Below the pieces are notes generated by a model. The model ran no database searches, was not told the origin of the DNA, and saw only the letters and a program-made list of their open reading frames with translations. Positions 51,193 through 64,000 of a DNA stretch of 64,000 nucleotides are shown here, in pieces (position 1 is the stretch's first letter; every line of letters starts with the position of its first letter). A program made the translations under genes and the position numbers. The stretch comes from Cenococcum geophilum. Lineage: Eukaryota. The stretch covers positions 7,192,001 through 7,256,000 of the forward strand of contig CP158635.1 of assembly GCA_050273025.1 (NCBI GenBank), written 5' to 3'.

Positions 51193-54100
51193 TCTGTGCA
51201 TAATTAATATAATATCTTAGATACCATTCTAGTATTTAATTTAATCTTTTTATCTAACCGTCCGTTTATAGGTAATATACTATTAATATTACTACGCGAA
51301 CCCCTTATTCCGCTAAAAATACCTCTTAAAATACTACTATAAATCTTAAATCTCTATCTAATATAATTTTACTTAGTACTCTATGTCTTATAAACACTTC
51401 TTTAATATAAATTCTAGCGATATCTTTTACTAATATTTCTTCTATGCATACTATAAAGTAGCCCTATTTAGTTAACTTGTTTACTATTATTAAGATTATG
51501 TTATACTTCTATCCGGTAATAGGATCTCTTAACTTTAGTAACTTAATAATAAAGTCCTATAATATAACCTCCTATAGTCCTCCCAGTACCTTAATAGGTT
51601 ATAGCCCCCCATATAGTTTATACCTTATTAGTTTATTCCTCTAGCAATTTAAATATTCCTTTATTACTTTTCTAGCTATACCCTAGATTCCATTAATAAT
51701 ATATTCTTTTTAAAGTCTTAACACTAAGCCTATTACTCCGTTATGTCCTTAAATTATTCCCTTATAGAAATCTTCTATAAAGTGTTTTGCTATACTTTTT
51801 AGGATATACTTAGCCTCTTAGTTTTCGTATATATTTATTTATAGGTCTTTTAATTACGCTTTTAGAATTCTTTATACCTAAAAGCTTTTTAATATCTTGT
51901 AAACTCTTTCTAGTTCTTTATCTTCTTAGGTTGCTGCTAGCTTAGGGCAATTATATCTAATTAATCTATCCTTATCTCTATGTAGTATTACTCCTAATAG
52001 TTTTCTATTACTTTATAGTTTAGCTTTTCTACTAAATATATCTGCTCTTATATTTCTAGTTCCTTTAGTATATTAAATTTTAAAATAGTATTTTATAAGT
52101 ATTTCTACCTATCTAACTTATCTATAATTAAGTTTTTTTATTATTAAAAACCCTATTAGGTTCTTATAATCCGTCTTAACTATAAATAGTTTCTCTACGC
52201 CTTATAAGAATGCTCTTTATTTCTTAAGTACTATAACTATACCTAGCAACTCTTTATTATAGACGTTATAGTTTAACTCTAGTGGTATTATCTTCCGACT
52301 ATAATATACCACTAAATGCTATATACTTTCGTACTTTTATAGCAGATATACTTCTAGTGCAAAGTTTTATTTATTTATTTCCACAACCGTATCTAACCCT
52401 AGTTAGTAGATTTTAAGAATTGGTTCTTAAGTAAATAACTCCTTAAGTTTCTTAAACAACTTTCTTTACTTGTCTCCCTATACCTATAATTTCTCCTTTT
52501 TAGTAAGCCTAGTAAATAGTTTAATATTCTTTAACTATTGTGCTATAAACCTTCTATAGTAGTTATAAACCCCTAAAAATAATCTTAACTGCGTTATATT
52601 CTCTAGTTCTTAATAACTTACTATAGCTTTAATCTTCTTTAAGTCCATACTAATATAACCTAATTTAATAATAAATTTAACGAAATCGGTCTTCCTTATA
52701 AAGAATTTGCATTTCCTAATTACTACTAGCATCTGTTTTTCTTATAGTCTCTTTAAGACCTATTTAACGTATTTTGTATATTCTTCCTTAGTTATTAAAT
52801 AGATAATAATGTTGTTAAGGTATACTATAATAAACTTATTAAGGTGTTCTCCTAATATACTATTAATTCGTTTCTAAAACGTTGCTAATATATTTATTAA
52901 CCTAAATTATATAACTAATGGCTTATATAGTCCTTCTCTTAACCTAAAGGCTGCTTTTTATTTATTACCTTCTTTAATCCTAATCTAGTAGTATGCCTAT
53001 CTTAGATCTATCTTTATAAAGATTTGTACGTTACCTATCTAATCCTAAATTTCGCTAATTAAGGGTAAAGGATACCTATCCTTTTAAGTAATACTATTTA
53101 ACTGTCTATAGTTAATGTATAGTTTAAGTTTTCCGTTCTTCTTTAGTATAAATAATACTGGATATTTTACTAATAACTATAATAGTCTAATATATCCCTT
53201 TTATAAGTTCTCTTAAATGAATTTCTTAAGTGCTCTTAACTCCTCTTGCGTAAGCTTATAGGTTAGAAAAAACCTTAAACTTATTCCTAGTTTTAACTCT
53301 ATCTTATAGTCCCATGCTATATAATCTACTAGTTTCTTACTTTCTAATAACTATAGCTTTTTGCTATACTTATAATATCTCTTTAGTATATAACTTAAGC
53401 CTTACTTAGTCTCTTTATATATTACTTTAACTTAGTACTATACTATCTTAGTTTATTGCCGCATTTTACGTTATTAAGTATCTCTAATATTAACCTAGCC
53501 CGTAATCTAATCAATCCTTAGGTTATACTCCTATAACTAAGGCATTCCTAATATTACTTTATCCCGTCCTAATAGTAGGATATTAAAAGACATCTTAATC
53601 TATCTTCCTTTAATAGTTATCTAAATAGGTCCTATTTTAAGGTTAATAATCCCTCCTCTATAGGTTATTAGGTCTCTTAAAATTATAATTAATAGGTAAG
53701 CTATTACTTCTGCCTATAAGGTAGTCCTATTTTTTTTAACTATTACTAGTAAGATATGGTTCCTTATTACTCCACTATCTATTAGTGCTTTAAACTGTTA
53801 ATCTTACTACTTAACTCGTAAATTTAGGTGTTGTTCTTAAATTTCTTTAAGGGTCTAAGGCTCTACTACTAGCTCTCCCTAGTCCTATAGGCCTCTACTT
53901 TTCCTAACTATTAGCTGTTTAATCCTTATATACTTAGCTCGCTCTTTAGCTAATACCTAGTTTATTTCTTATCCTCTATATACTATAGATAAGTATTCTC
54001 TAGGAATTCCCACCACTATTATCTATCTAAGTATTTTTCTATAAGGAATTTTTCTAGTTAAAGTATTAAGTTTCCTAACTCCTAAACTTCTACTAGATGC

Positions 54101-57100
54101 CATCCGTATATATATTTAGCATTTCTATACTATTACTTATCTAGCGCCTAATATATTCTTACTAAGTATTTCTAGTTTTTTTATTATTATAGATTTTTGT
54201 GTATTTTGTACATGTTGTCTATATATGCAATCTATAATAGCGTATAGTGTGCTAGGTGCTTTAGGTTAACTTTTAACTTATCTTTATCTTTAAGTTTAAA
54301 CCTCTATTGTGTTAATCTAAACGTTATAACTTTATTTACAGGTACTAAGATACGTCTTTCGCTTCTCTAGTCCTCTAATTATTCCTTTAGATCTTTTAAC
54401 GTTATAATTAAGGCTTCCTTAATGTGACTTATTGCTTTTTTCGTAATAGGGTAGTCCTAAATAACTTTTTCGTCTAATTATATATAGAAATCTTCCTACT
54501 TGTTATTATATCGTTACCTATACTACTTTTAGTATAGCTACTAGAGTATATACGGTTTGTCCGTAAGGAAGTATCTTCTTATTACTATATTGTAACAGCC
54601 CTTTATATATCATTTTTTAAACCTAGTAGGGATTCCTAGATTCTCTTTATCTTCCAGTTTAGTAAGTTACTTAGCTCTTAGTATACCTACCCTAAGCCTA
54701 TTAGTAATTCTTTATATAGGTACTCTGTCCCTTATACGGCCTAGTATACTAGTCCTTTAGTCTAGTTCCCGTTCTTACTATATAATAATCCTTTCTCTAA
54801 ACTCCGTTATAGTTTCTTTTAGTTTTTGCCTTATAAGTAAATCCTTTAAGTCTTCTTATTTCTTAATCTTAGTTTATTTAATAGTCCTTATTTATATCTA
54901 GAAATCTTAGTCCTATAGAATTCTTAATTCTAAGCTTACTTCTTTTTTAAGCTTAGCTCTAGCCTTAGTCTAACTAAGCTTTTATAGGGTTCTCATCTTA
55001 TTTTAAGAGTCTTAAATTTTACTTATCTTATCTTAAGAGTCTTATACCTCTAAGAAACTCTGTCCTAAGCTTATTTGTATATTACTAAACTAAGCCGTTG
55101 CTCTACTCTATTAGTTGTTGTCCATTATAGGTCCTTAAGCTTACCTTATTTTATCTTAAAAATCTTAGTTATCTCTTATCTTGTCTTAAAAATCTTAAGC
55201 CTTTAGCCTTTTGCCTTTATTAAGTGTCGAAGTAGTTTACTATCCTACTTCTCTTGCGTCTTATAAAGCGATAGATATTATATCTAGTAGGGTCTTAATC
55301 CCTACTAATATTCCCTATTCTATAGTAGAATTATTCTTTACCTTTTTTATAATATCTTTAAGATCTATATACTCCTAATAAGCTGCCCTTATTACCTTAT
55401 TATTACTAAATATTTCGCCTATATTAAATTTATCGTCCCCAATGTCTAATCTGCAAGATAGTTTATTAGTTCCTTTAAACTTTAATAACTTTAGCTCTTA
55501 TAGCTAATAGCTTACGCTATACTTAGCGTCTTTATAAATTTGGTATGCGTTATTATAATAAAACGTAAAACTTTAGATTAAATATTCTTTTGTTCCTTAT
55601 AGTATACTATTATCCCTTTATATATATATATCTTCTACTAATCTTATTCCTTTTACTACGTAGTAACTCTACCTACTTCTATAGTCTCTAATAAAATAAC
55701 CCTATTTTCCGCAATTTATATTAGCTCCTTCTTTAAACTATTTTTCTTACTATAGAGTCCGCCTAAGCGTCTTCTATTATTAAGATCCCTAGCTCGGCCC
55801 CCACTTCTTAAACCCCCAATTACTTAATCCCCATCCCCTAGGTTTCTATAGTTATTTATTTTATTTCTTATTTTCTTTAGTACCGCTTAGGTCTATTAGC
55901 TCCGCGCTATACTATAGTTTCTAACTTTAACTTTATTATTACGTACCCTACGCCTTATATAACTATAGAACTCTATCCTAACCCTTCTTAGTTTGCTCTC
56001 TTTAGTAGATCCTATTATTAATCTTAATTACTTAATTAATTAAATCCCTAAAAGTATCCGCATCTTTTATTAGGATAATTACGTTCTAGACTTTCGCTTT
56101 AAGTCCTTACTTATACTATACTATAAGCGCTTTATTATTCTATTTAACTTATATTACTAATGTTTAAAACTATATTATATACTTAATTGCTAAAATTCTT
56201 TATACTAGGTTTTAAAGCTTTCTTTTTACTATAGTAGTTGCCTCTAGGTCTCTAAATATCTATATTAATCGTTTTATAAACCCGCTCTAACTTAAAAATA
56301 TATACCGTACCTCCTGGTTAGTAGTTATTATACTATATTCTTATACCTCCGTAAGGTAAGATTTAAACCACTTAAGTGCTCTTCCTGTTAATAATAATCC
56401 TATATAAGTAACTTAATCCATAGGCGTTCCTAGTTTAACTCCTTCCTAAGTAACCTTAAAGTGCATTTACGTAAGAAATCCTTTAAGTTTTAACTTCTCT
56501 CCTAAGAATTGTTTAATTAAGCGTAAATTAACCTTAGCTGCTCCAATCCCATTAATCCTTTCTTTAAATATTTTATTATTGTCTGTTAATTAATTAACTA
56601 TTTTTTATAGCTATCCGACAGTAACTAGTTATAAGTTAGTATCTACTATACTAGTATTATTACCTAATCCTAAGGTAGTTGCCGCTGTGGACGCCGTTAT
56701 AGCTACTGCTTTTAGTGGTATATTATTTAACTTCTTTTACTATAACTTTAGTAGTAAATATATAACAAAGCCTTATAGAAAATGCTACGGTAGACTTATT
56801 AATAGGCTGGGTATATAGGTATAGAATAGTTAATAACATAAATATAACTAGTAGAGTAGTTGCCTAATAGATTAACTCTAATTATATTCTAAGATTTACT
56901 ATAAAGAAGAGAAACTATCTATAGAGACCGTACGTCCTTAAATATATAACTCCTCCCTATAGTAAAGGTTCAGTACGTTGGAACGTTAGTATGTTAGTAT
57001 ATCGCGCTCCCACGTTCCCACGTTCTTACGTTCCGAACTTGTAACGTAACTTACTATATAACTTAGCTACCCCTTATCCTATAGCTTAATTAGTTCCAGC

Positions 57101-57810
57101 GTCTCCTATACTATCTTAACCAACCCATTTATATCTCTTTTTAGTAGTCGCACTACTGCTAATATAAGGTCCGTAATATTAAGCTAGAAATGCTAGAGAA
57201 ATATACTAATATATTTGGTTAAGGACCTAACCAAAACCCTCCTAGAAAAGTACCGGCCTATAATTAATATAGTAGTAGTATATAGACGGCTTATAAGCTA
57301 AGTAGGTCTACCCCTTTAGGTAACTTAACCTAAATACTAATTTAAGACCTGAGCTTTATAGGGAAACTCGTACTAGCTACTAATACTAATATTACCTCTA
57401 TAGCTAGAGCTTTCTTAAGCCTAAGTTTAGAAAGTTAGGAGCCTTATACTAATTTCCTTTAAGAAGAATATTAGGAATCTATTATAAGACTTTTAAAAGC
57501 TATATAGGAAGAAGCTATTAATAAATATATCAGAACCCTTTAGGGGTAAATCTAGATCTAGTAGGGTTTAATCTAGGCTAAATTAATTCTTTTATAACTT
57601 AGTTAAAGCTAAGAGCTTGTTAGGGATTACCTGGTATTTATTTAATAAGGTATAAAAGATATAGAGAGGTATTTATATAATAAACGGAAAAGGGATATAG
57701 ACTAACTAGTTAAGGCCTCTAGTAGTTTAGAACTCCGCTATAGACCTAACGCCTAATATTTAGATAATTAGGTTTATAAGGTAAATAACTTCTTTAAGAT
57801 ATTAATAATA

Positions 57811-59373
57811 ACGTTTTACACAAGCGAGCGCCGCATACGACCGAGCGCCGCACCCCACCAAGCTTTAACCACTTCGTAAGCTAATAGCAACCTACCACTA
57901 CTAGCTATCGCTACAATAATTAACTAGTAGATAGCTAGCCTAATCCTTAGCTTGTTTACACGTTCTTAAATTATGCCTAGTCTCCCTACAGCGTCTACAT
58001 CGCCTAGGCTGCAGCGCAACAGCTACTTTACGCATATTATCCTGGTGCGTTTCCCCCTCTCCCTGCTTACTAACCTTAGCCTAAGCTATTAGCTCCGAGC
58101 CCTCTGCCTTTATAAGGGTGCCTCGCTTCTATATACGCTTTTTTTTTAACACTTCTTATGCTATATTGCGGCCTTATTAGCCTTCTATAGGCCAGCAACC
58201 TATAAGCGCAGCAGTACAGCCGAATACATTATCTGCTTAGCACCCCTAGCTAGCTAATCTAGCAATTTTAGAATTAAGCTAGGTAAGCTATTCTAGTAAT
58301 TTTAAATTCAACTATATAGTAGAGCTGTTTAACTACCTAGCTTAGTAATATTACTAGGTGTTTTAGGTTCCTATAGAGTAACCTCTATAGGTAGTATAGA
58401 TATTTAAAGCCTAATATTAAGCTTTAAGAGTACAGCCGCTAGATTAAATAGAATTAGGCCTATACCTTAAAAGCCTGCGCGGATATTACCCTTAGTAATT
58501 AATTACTAATAGGCTGCCTTAAACGCTAGTAGGAATTTAAGCTTTATAATATAAAAGATATAGCTATAAATAAGGCTATTAACCTACTATCTATACGCGT
58601 GCTTAAGAGGCGCAAAGCAGCCTATATCTAGCGGCTGTAGTAAATACGACGCGTATACTGGCATACAAAGTATAAGGATATTCGTCTCCTTACAGAGCTG
58701 TTGAAATTTAAGAGATTAATAGCTCTTATAGCCGTTAATTACTAGTAGATAATATACGCCTATAGTATAATCCTTCGTGTACTTATTAAAGTGCTATAGC
58801 TATTTAATACCCAGCTAATTAGTTATCTAGCTATTCTTACTTAGCGCTATAGCCCATTCTGGTAATATATTGTCGCCTTTATACTAGGTAAAGAGGCGGT
58901 ATTTTCTAGCAAATATAATAAATAGTGGAATTGGCCAGCCCTAAGCGTTTATATCCTAAATTACTATAATCTATTCTCTATTACCTAGCTATATAGCCTT
59001 AGGCTAGCTACGTCGCTTAGAGCCTATAATAACTTTAGCAGTTAATATAACACCTATTTAGAATCTAGTCTTATTAAAATTATATAAGTCTTTGTTAATA
59101 ATGCCATGCTTTGCCTTAAAATTATATATAAGGTTAAACTAAGACTAAATAACCCTAGGATCCTTATATAGAGCTTACTAATAGTTATATTTTTAATTAT
59201 ATTCTATTTTAACATCTAGTGTTTATTATATAAAGCTAGCTAGCTAGTTAATGCCAACCTAGCTAGTAGAGCCTACAGATTACGCAGCGAGTAGTTAATT
59301 AGCTATCTCTCTTACGTGGATAAGCTTAGGCGCGAATCTTTATAAATCCAGGTTAAAAATATACTAAACAATT
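57811..59373 (-). mobile_element. Fot1/pogo-like DDE transposon, 5'-truncated and RIPed
   Basis: End TA|acgt at 57809-57814. De-RIPed NFDETGF ~59070, DGH.SH ~58730, LCMPAHASHLLQPLDVGCFAPLK ~58605-58670, and C-terminal RCRRC.ETGHN.RTC ~57960-58000. Confidence 0.9.
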
Positions 59374-59769
59374 TACCTCAGCGAGCTCAGACCAAGAAAT
59401 CGATTGTGCGGATATAGGAATATCCGCACCGTCCGCTAAGCTGATTTAGGACGGCAATCGTTTTCGTGGTCTAAGAGACTTTGGCGAGATTTGTAGGAAA
59501 ACCTAAACACGGTTTTATATAAGAAGACCTTATTAACTTTAACAAAATTAATCTACCCTCCCACAATACCTATCGACATAAAAATTACACCAAATTATAA
59601 AGAAAAGCCTACTCTATAAGTTATGAGATCTTTAGCTCCTTATACGCGCGCGACGTTAAGAGGAATTCGTCGTCGTAGAGGCCCCAATTCTACCTCTGCA
59701 CCACCGAGCCGCTCAGTAAACACCAACGCTGAACGCTTACGCTCACGCCCACGCCGCCAGCCCTCTGCG

Positions 59770-60410
59770 TAGAGCTGTGGAGCTTTGCGAGAGCTCTGCG
59801 GAACGAAGCTTAGGGGGAGACCTGCACGGAGCTCTGCACGGAGCTCTACTAAAGCTCTGCAAAAGCTTTGCACGAAGCTCCGCTTGAAGCTCTGCTCGAA
59901 GCTCTGCTCGAAGCTCGAAGCTCTGCACGAAGCTCTGCATGGAACTCTACACGAAGCTCTACTAAAGCTCTACTAAAGCTCTACACAAGGCTCTGCACGA
60001 AGCTCTGCAAAAGCTCTGCACGAAGCTCTGCACGAAGCTCTGCACGAAGCTCTGTAAAGGCTCTGCTCGAAGCTCTGCTCGAAACCCTATATAGAGCTCT
60101 AAAGCTCTACTAACACGCAGCACTAATATACTAGGAAGGTTCTACAATTGCCCGTACGAACGCCCGTCTCTACAAACGTCTCTGCAATCGATCGCCCGTA
60201 CGAACGTCTGCACGTCTGCACATCTACACGTCTGCGCGTCTGCACATTTACACGTCTGCACGCCTGCACGTGGCTCTGCATAAGGCTCTGCACAAAGCTC
60301 TGCACGAAGCTCTGCACGAAGCTCTGCATAAAGCTCTGCATAAAGCTCTACTAGAATCTGTATAAAGCTCTACTAAGGCTTTACACGAGGCTCTGCACAA
60401 GGCTCTGCCT
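59770..60410. repeat. Minisatellite block: (gaagctctgcac)n 12-mers flanking (acgtctgc)n 8-mers
   Basis: 12-mers at ~59770-60110 and ~60270-60410; 8-mers at ~60170-60270. Confidence 0.9.
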
Positions 60411-61469
60411 AAAGCTTACCCCTAGTAGTCGTAGAGGCACTCCGGGCCAAGGGAGGATATTTTTAAGAAAGGACCTAACTATAGCACTTACTAGGTGTTG
60501 CAATAGCTTTAGGTAGTAGATATCTACATATCTATATAGTTTTATTAATATTAGCAGACTATTTAATAAGATATAATACGTGCTTAGGCTTTTAATAACG
60601 CGTTTTTATAAGGTAAGGATGTGGATAGGGAGTCCAATAATAGAACAATAGGGTATATTGTATAAGTAGAGACAAATCCTTAAGGGAGAAGGAGGAGTCT
60701 GAGGTGCGAGGTAAGGGGTTTCCATAGGCACGTATAGCGTATATGCCTTATAGGCAAGTCGCCTACGGGTCGCCTGTACCTCATAGCTATATAGCTATCT
60801 ACTTAGGTTTTACCTAATAATGCCCCCCCCTTTAAAAAGGGTCGTCCCTGATCCTTTATATACTTAGGCCTTAATAAAACCCTATAAAAACCTTTAGAAG
60901 GAAAAAATTGGAAGGGAAAGAGCGTCCTAATTTTGCGCATAGAGAGACAGGTGGTATACTTGCGCGGCGCAAAGATGTTAAGGAACTTCAACCGCCGGTC
61001 GAAGTTGTCTAATTGGTTAGATTTGGCTTACTAAGACTTCCCTGCATTTTACCGAGCCAATAGCGATTTTGCATGCCCGGTATGGAAAATCCTGATTGGT
61101 CCATTTAATAGGTAGAGCCAGTAGCTCAATACTGTCGCCCGAATTTGGTAGACAAGAAATATTCTAAAAGCTCGCTTATGTAGGCAGGTCGCTAGTACCT
61201 CGTGGGTAGGTCGTAGGTTACTTACATACAGCCAGATTTATAGACGGTGAGGCTGTATACCTATTAAACCCGCCGCTGACCCTTGCTTTAGCCTTATGAT
61301 ATACCGGCGTAGCGCCGTATATACTTTGCGGGTAGGTTATAGGTTACTTATATGCAGCCAGATTAGGATAGTAAGGCTATATGCCCGTTAAATCCGCCGC
61401 TGACCCTTGCTTTAGCCTTACGCGTTATCTGCATAGCATATACGTGGAATAGTGTATAAGTTGTCTATA

Positions 61470-61822
61470 CAGGTCACTACCAGTAGGTCACTAGCAGGTT
61501 ATAGACCCCGGTTAAAGGACCCCGGTTACGGACGGGTATAAAACAATATAAGTCGTTAGTATAGGTCACTACCAGTAGGTTACTAGCAGGTCGTAGACCC
61601 TGGTTAAAGGACCCTAGTTATAGACGGGTATAAGATAATATAAGTCGTCGGTATAGGTCACTACTAGCAGGTCACTAGTAGGTTGTAGACCCTGGTTAAA
61701 GGACCTCGGTTACGGACGGACCTATCCGGTATAAGTCGTCGGTGTAGGTTACTACTAGCAGGTTACTAGCGGGTCGTAGACCCCGGTTAAAGGACCCTGG
61801 TTTTAGACGGACCTATTACCTA
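61470..61822. repeat. ~92-bp tandem repeat, 4 copies, plus a dispersed copy at ~62747-62850
   Basis: aggtcactac units start at 61471, 61563, 61655 and 61746. Confidence 0.9.
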
Positions 61823-62362
61823 ACGTATAAACAGTCTATAAAGGTGGTATTTACGGAGGTCCTTGGTAAGGCTAGACCTTATTATGCCTTAGGAGTCCTT
61901 AAGTGTTGCCGGTAAGAGCTCGCCCCTAGGTAGTCACGTGTGGAGCGTATAAAAGCGTCCCTTATACTCTATAGATGGACCAGTGACTTAGGGGTGTTCT
62001 ATAAGCCGTTTCGGCTACAGTAGCTACTACTACTATTGCTGTGGCACGAGACTCTGCGCGAAGTCAGTGCCAGCGAGGTAGCTCGCAGGGTTGTCGCGGG
62101 GGACCGTTGCCTGGGCCAAGGGTCTAGCGCCATTAGGTTGGTTAAAGTCTTAATGAGAATAGTAGGACACTCTAGTCCGCCGGCGCTAGGTTGTTAGTGT
62201 AGTAGCACTAGGACCGCCTATAAGGTCCATAACCCGCAACTTTTGTATGGCGTTAAGGGTTGATTTGGCACCTATTATCGTATTAAGCACGTAGGCGGAC
62301 TTCGCCCTAGGGCATATCTATCGCAACATGTACTACAATGCGTTCCTTTTCTCCCTATATAG

Positions 62363-62690
62363 CGTCGGGTCGCGATACGCCTATGTAAGGTGTGTGTTTA
62401 GGGGTATGCGGTATCCGAATCTAACGTCGGGTCGCGATGTCCTGCGCACGATATGCGTTTAGGGTATGCGGTATCCTAGTCTTAGCATCTGACGTCGGGT
62501 CGCGATGTCCTGCGCACGATGCGTTTAGGGTATATAGTATCCTAGTCTCGTTCTCTAACATCGGGTCGCGATGTCCTGCGCATAATATGCGTTTAGGGTA
62601 TGCGGTATCCTAGTCTTGGCATCTAACGTTAGGTTGTGATATCCTGCGCACAATATGCGTTTAGGGTATGCGTTATCCTAGTCTCATATA
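62363..62690. repeat. ~62-68-bp tandem repeat, 5 copies
   Basis: Unit cgtcgggtcgcgatgtcctgcgcacgatatgcgtttagggtatgcggtatcctagtc. Confidence 0.9.
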
Positions 62691-62862
62691 GTATCTGGCA
62701 CACTTGCTAGATACTCTGCGTAGAACAATATATAAGCTATTAGTACAGGTTACTACCAGCAGGTCACCAGCGGGTTACTAGCAGGTCATAGACCCCGGTC
62801 AAAGGACCCCGGTTGAAGGACCTCGGTCACGGACGGACCTGCTACCTGACAGTTAGGCATTA

Positions 62863-63995
62863 TTTATAGCGGTTTACCGCCAGTGTTCTTTGCGGTTACT
62901 GCCTGCGTTCTTCTTGCGATGCGTAGGCGTATCGCCAGCGTCTGGGGGGTCCTCTAAGCTATTTGGCTGTTAAGTAGTCTCCCCTGGAGCTTAGTTGGGA
63001 AAGCGTCGCCTTCCTAGGGTTCCGTCCTCTAAACCTAACCCTGCGGAGCCTATGCTACGACCGCGCTTTAAACGCGAGGATCTGCCGCTGCCGGCTGCGC
63101 GGTCTTCCGCGAGCTTTATAGTGTGGAGCAGTTGCTCTATACGGCGGATTTCTGCGAAGAGGTCTTTAGCGGTTCTCACCCGTATAGCGAAGTTCTGGCG
63201 GAAGAGCTCTGCTTATAGGTAGGTTGGGAGGCGTAAGAACTAAAAGTCTACCTCTTAATTAGGGTTAACAAAAGGGGTGTACGAGAAGAGGTCCTCTAAG
63301 CTACGTATACGGGCTAAGAAGGTATCGAACTTCTGGTTCTCCTTTATTACAGTTATATAGTACGTAGTAGCATTTTTAAAGCGTCTTACTGTAGGGTTCT
63401 TAATCTGGTCTTGGACTATAGTCTTAAGTTCGTCCTATAATAGAGGACCTTTATCTTTGGCGCCTAGGCGGCGATACACCAGTTAGGCGACTGTCTTTTC
63501 TTTTGTAAGACCTTCAATGGCCCAGCGCGTACGTCGCTCGCAGTTATAGTTAGCGTTGTAGATCTCGAATCGATTTTTAATTGCAGCAATCCACCGGTCG
63601 AACTTCTGTTAAGTAGTGCCACTAATGTTAGGTGGTGACTTCTTAACCAGGGCGTTAAGATTCGTTCGTTGTATACGTTTAATACGCGACTCGTGCTCGT
63701 CACTAGAGAGGCGACGGGAGGGCTTTATCGAATCAATAATGCTCCGTAAGTTGGCTATTTTATTAGCCAGCTCATCTAGCTCCTTTAGGTCAGTAGTATT
63801 TGGTGGGACGCTAGTAACCTTACTAAGCTCCTGTTAAGCCCAGGTATATAAGTCGAACTAGTCTCTAGCGTTTGTAGATATCTGATTGTCTTGGGATTCG
63901 GAAGGTCGCGTAGATTCTGCTAATGTACTTCTAGCACTAGATCCTGAGGCGTTCTGCAGTCGTGTCGCCAGCGTATCGCCGTCGAGTGTAGGCAT
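62863..63995 (-). pseudogene. gag-like ORF of element H
   Basis: ATG at 63995. De-RIPed KFDRWIAAIENRFE...LSWDELKTMVQDQIKNP...MKENQKFD.FLAR.RSLE resembles a retrotransposon capsid. 3' boundary approximate. Confidence 0.7.
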
Positions 63996-64000
63996 CGATC

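Larger units (their letters stand above)
48206..57178 (-). mobile_element. Ty3/gypsy family A copy 3 (element G), left LTR truncated
   Basis: 5' LTR at 56761-57178. The 3' LTR (48206-48496) matches only 56888-57178. Internal region colinear with A. Antisense Cys-cluster ORF at ~48605-49290. Confidence 0.92.
60607..64000 (-). mobile_element. LTR element H, gag-only and apparently non-autonomous; continues beyond the window
   Basis: Reverse PPT cccccccctttaaaaagg at 60823 follows a probable LTR at ~60607-60819 (start inferred from the terminal inverted repeat; the partner LTR is not in the window). gag is followed only by tandem repeats. Confidence 0.72.

Noticed and set aside
57179..57808. 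Possible degenerate coding remnant
   Set aside because: Too RIPed to assign; no diagnostic motif or termini.
59640..60354. ORFs with EALH/RSSA/TKLC repeats
   Set aside because: They are translations of a 12-bp tandem repeat that is open in several frames; no evidence of coding.
63588..63606. Fourth copy of the CGG-palindrome motif
   Set aside because: It is a short partial match inside gag coding sequence (KFDRW) with no CCAAT flank; likely chance.
1..64000. Starship captain (tyrosine recombinase), rRNA/tRNA genes or telomeric repeats
   Set aside because: None was recognised in this window.

Overview
This window is heavily RIP-mutated (TpA-rich, CpA/TpG-poor) repeat DNA, typical of a filamentous ascomycete. 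No intact protein-coding gene is visible, and the supplied short ORFs are largely spurious. It is a stack of nested transposons. A Tad1-like LINE (1-19013) is interrupted by Ty3/gypsy element A (1904-16250), which contains a gag-only LTR element B (3157-9548). A multi-exon HET-domain pseudogene (minus strand, about 39521 to 20535) has a ~64-nt intron holding chromovirus E (21320-37721). E contains a solo LTR and a second family-A copy, C (27225-36783), and C contains an ORF1-only LINE (30374-31980). Further right are two head-to-head solo LTRs, Ty3 element D, a deleted pogo-like DNA transposon, a third family-A copy G carrying a 1.3-kb SINE-like insert, a truncated Fot1 element, an unexplained repeat-rich segment and a second gag-only LTR element H. 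The most notable signals are: (1) a 9-copy 70-bp array at the 5' end of the HET gene that reads as intron plus 20-nt micro-exon units; (2) spliced antisense six-cysteine zinc-cluster-like genes in two different Ty3 families; (3) several non-autonomous retroelements; (4) short CCAAT/CGG modules shared between different elements. All protein readings are manual translations with RIP changes reversed by eye; no database search was run.
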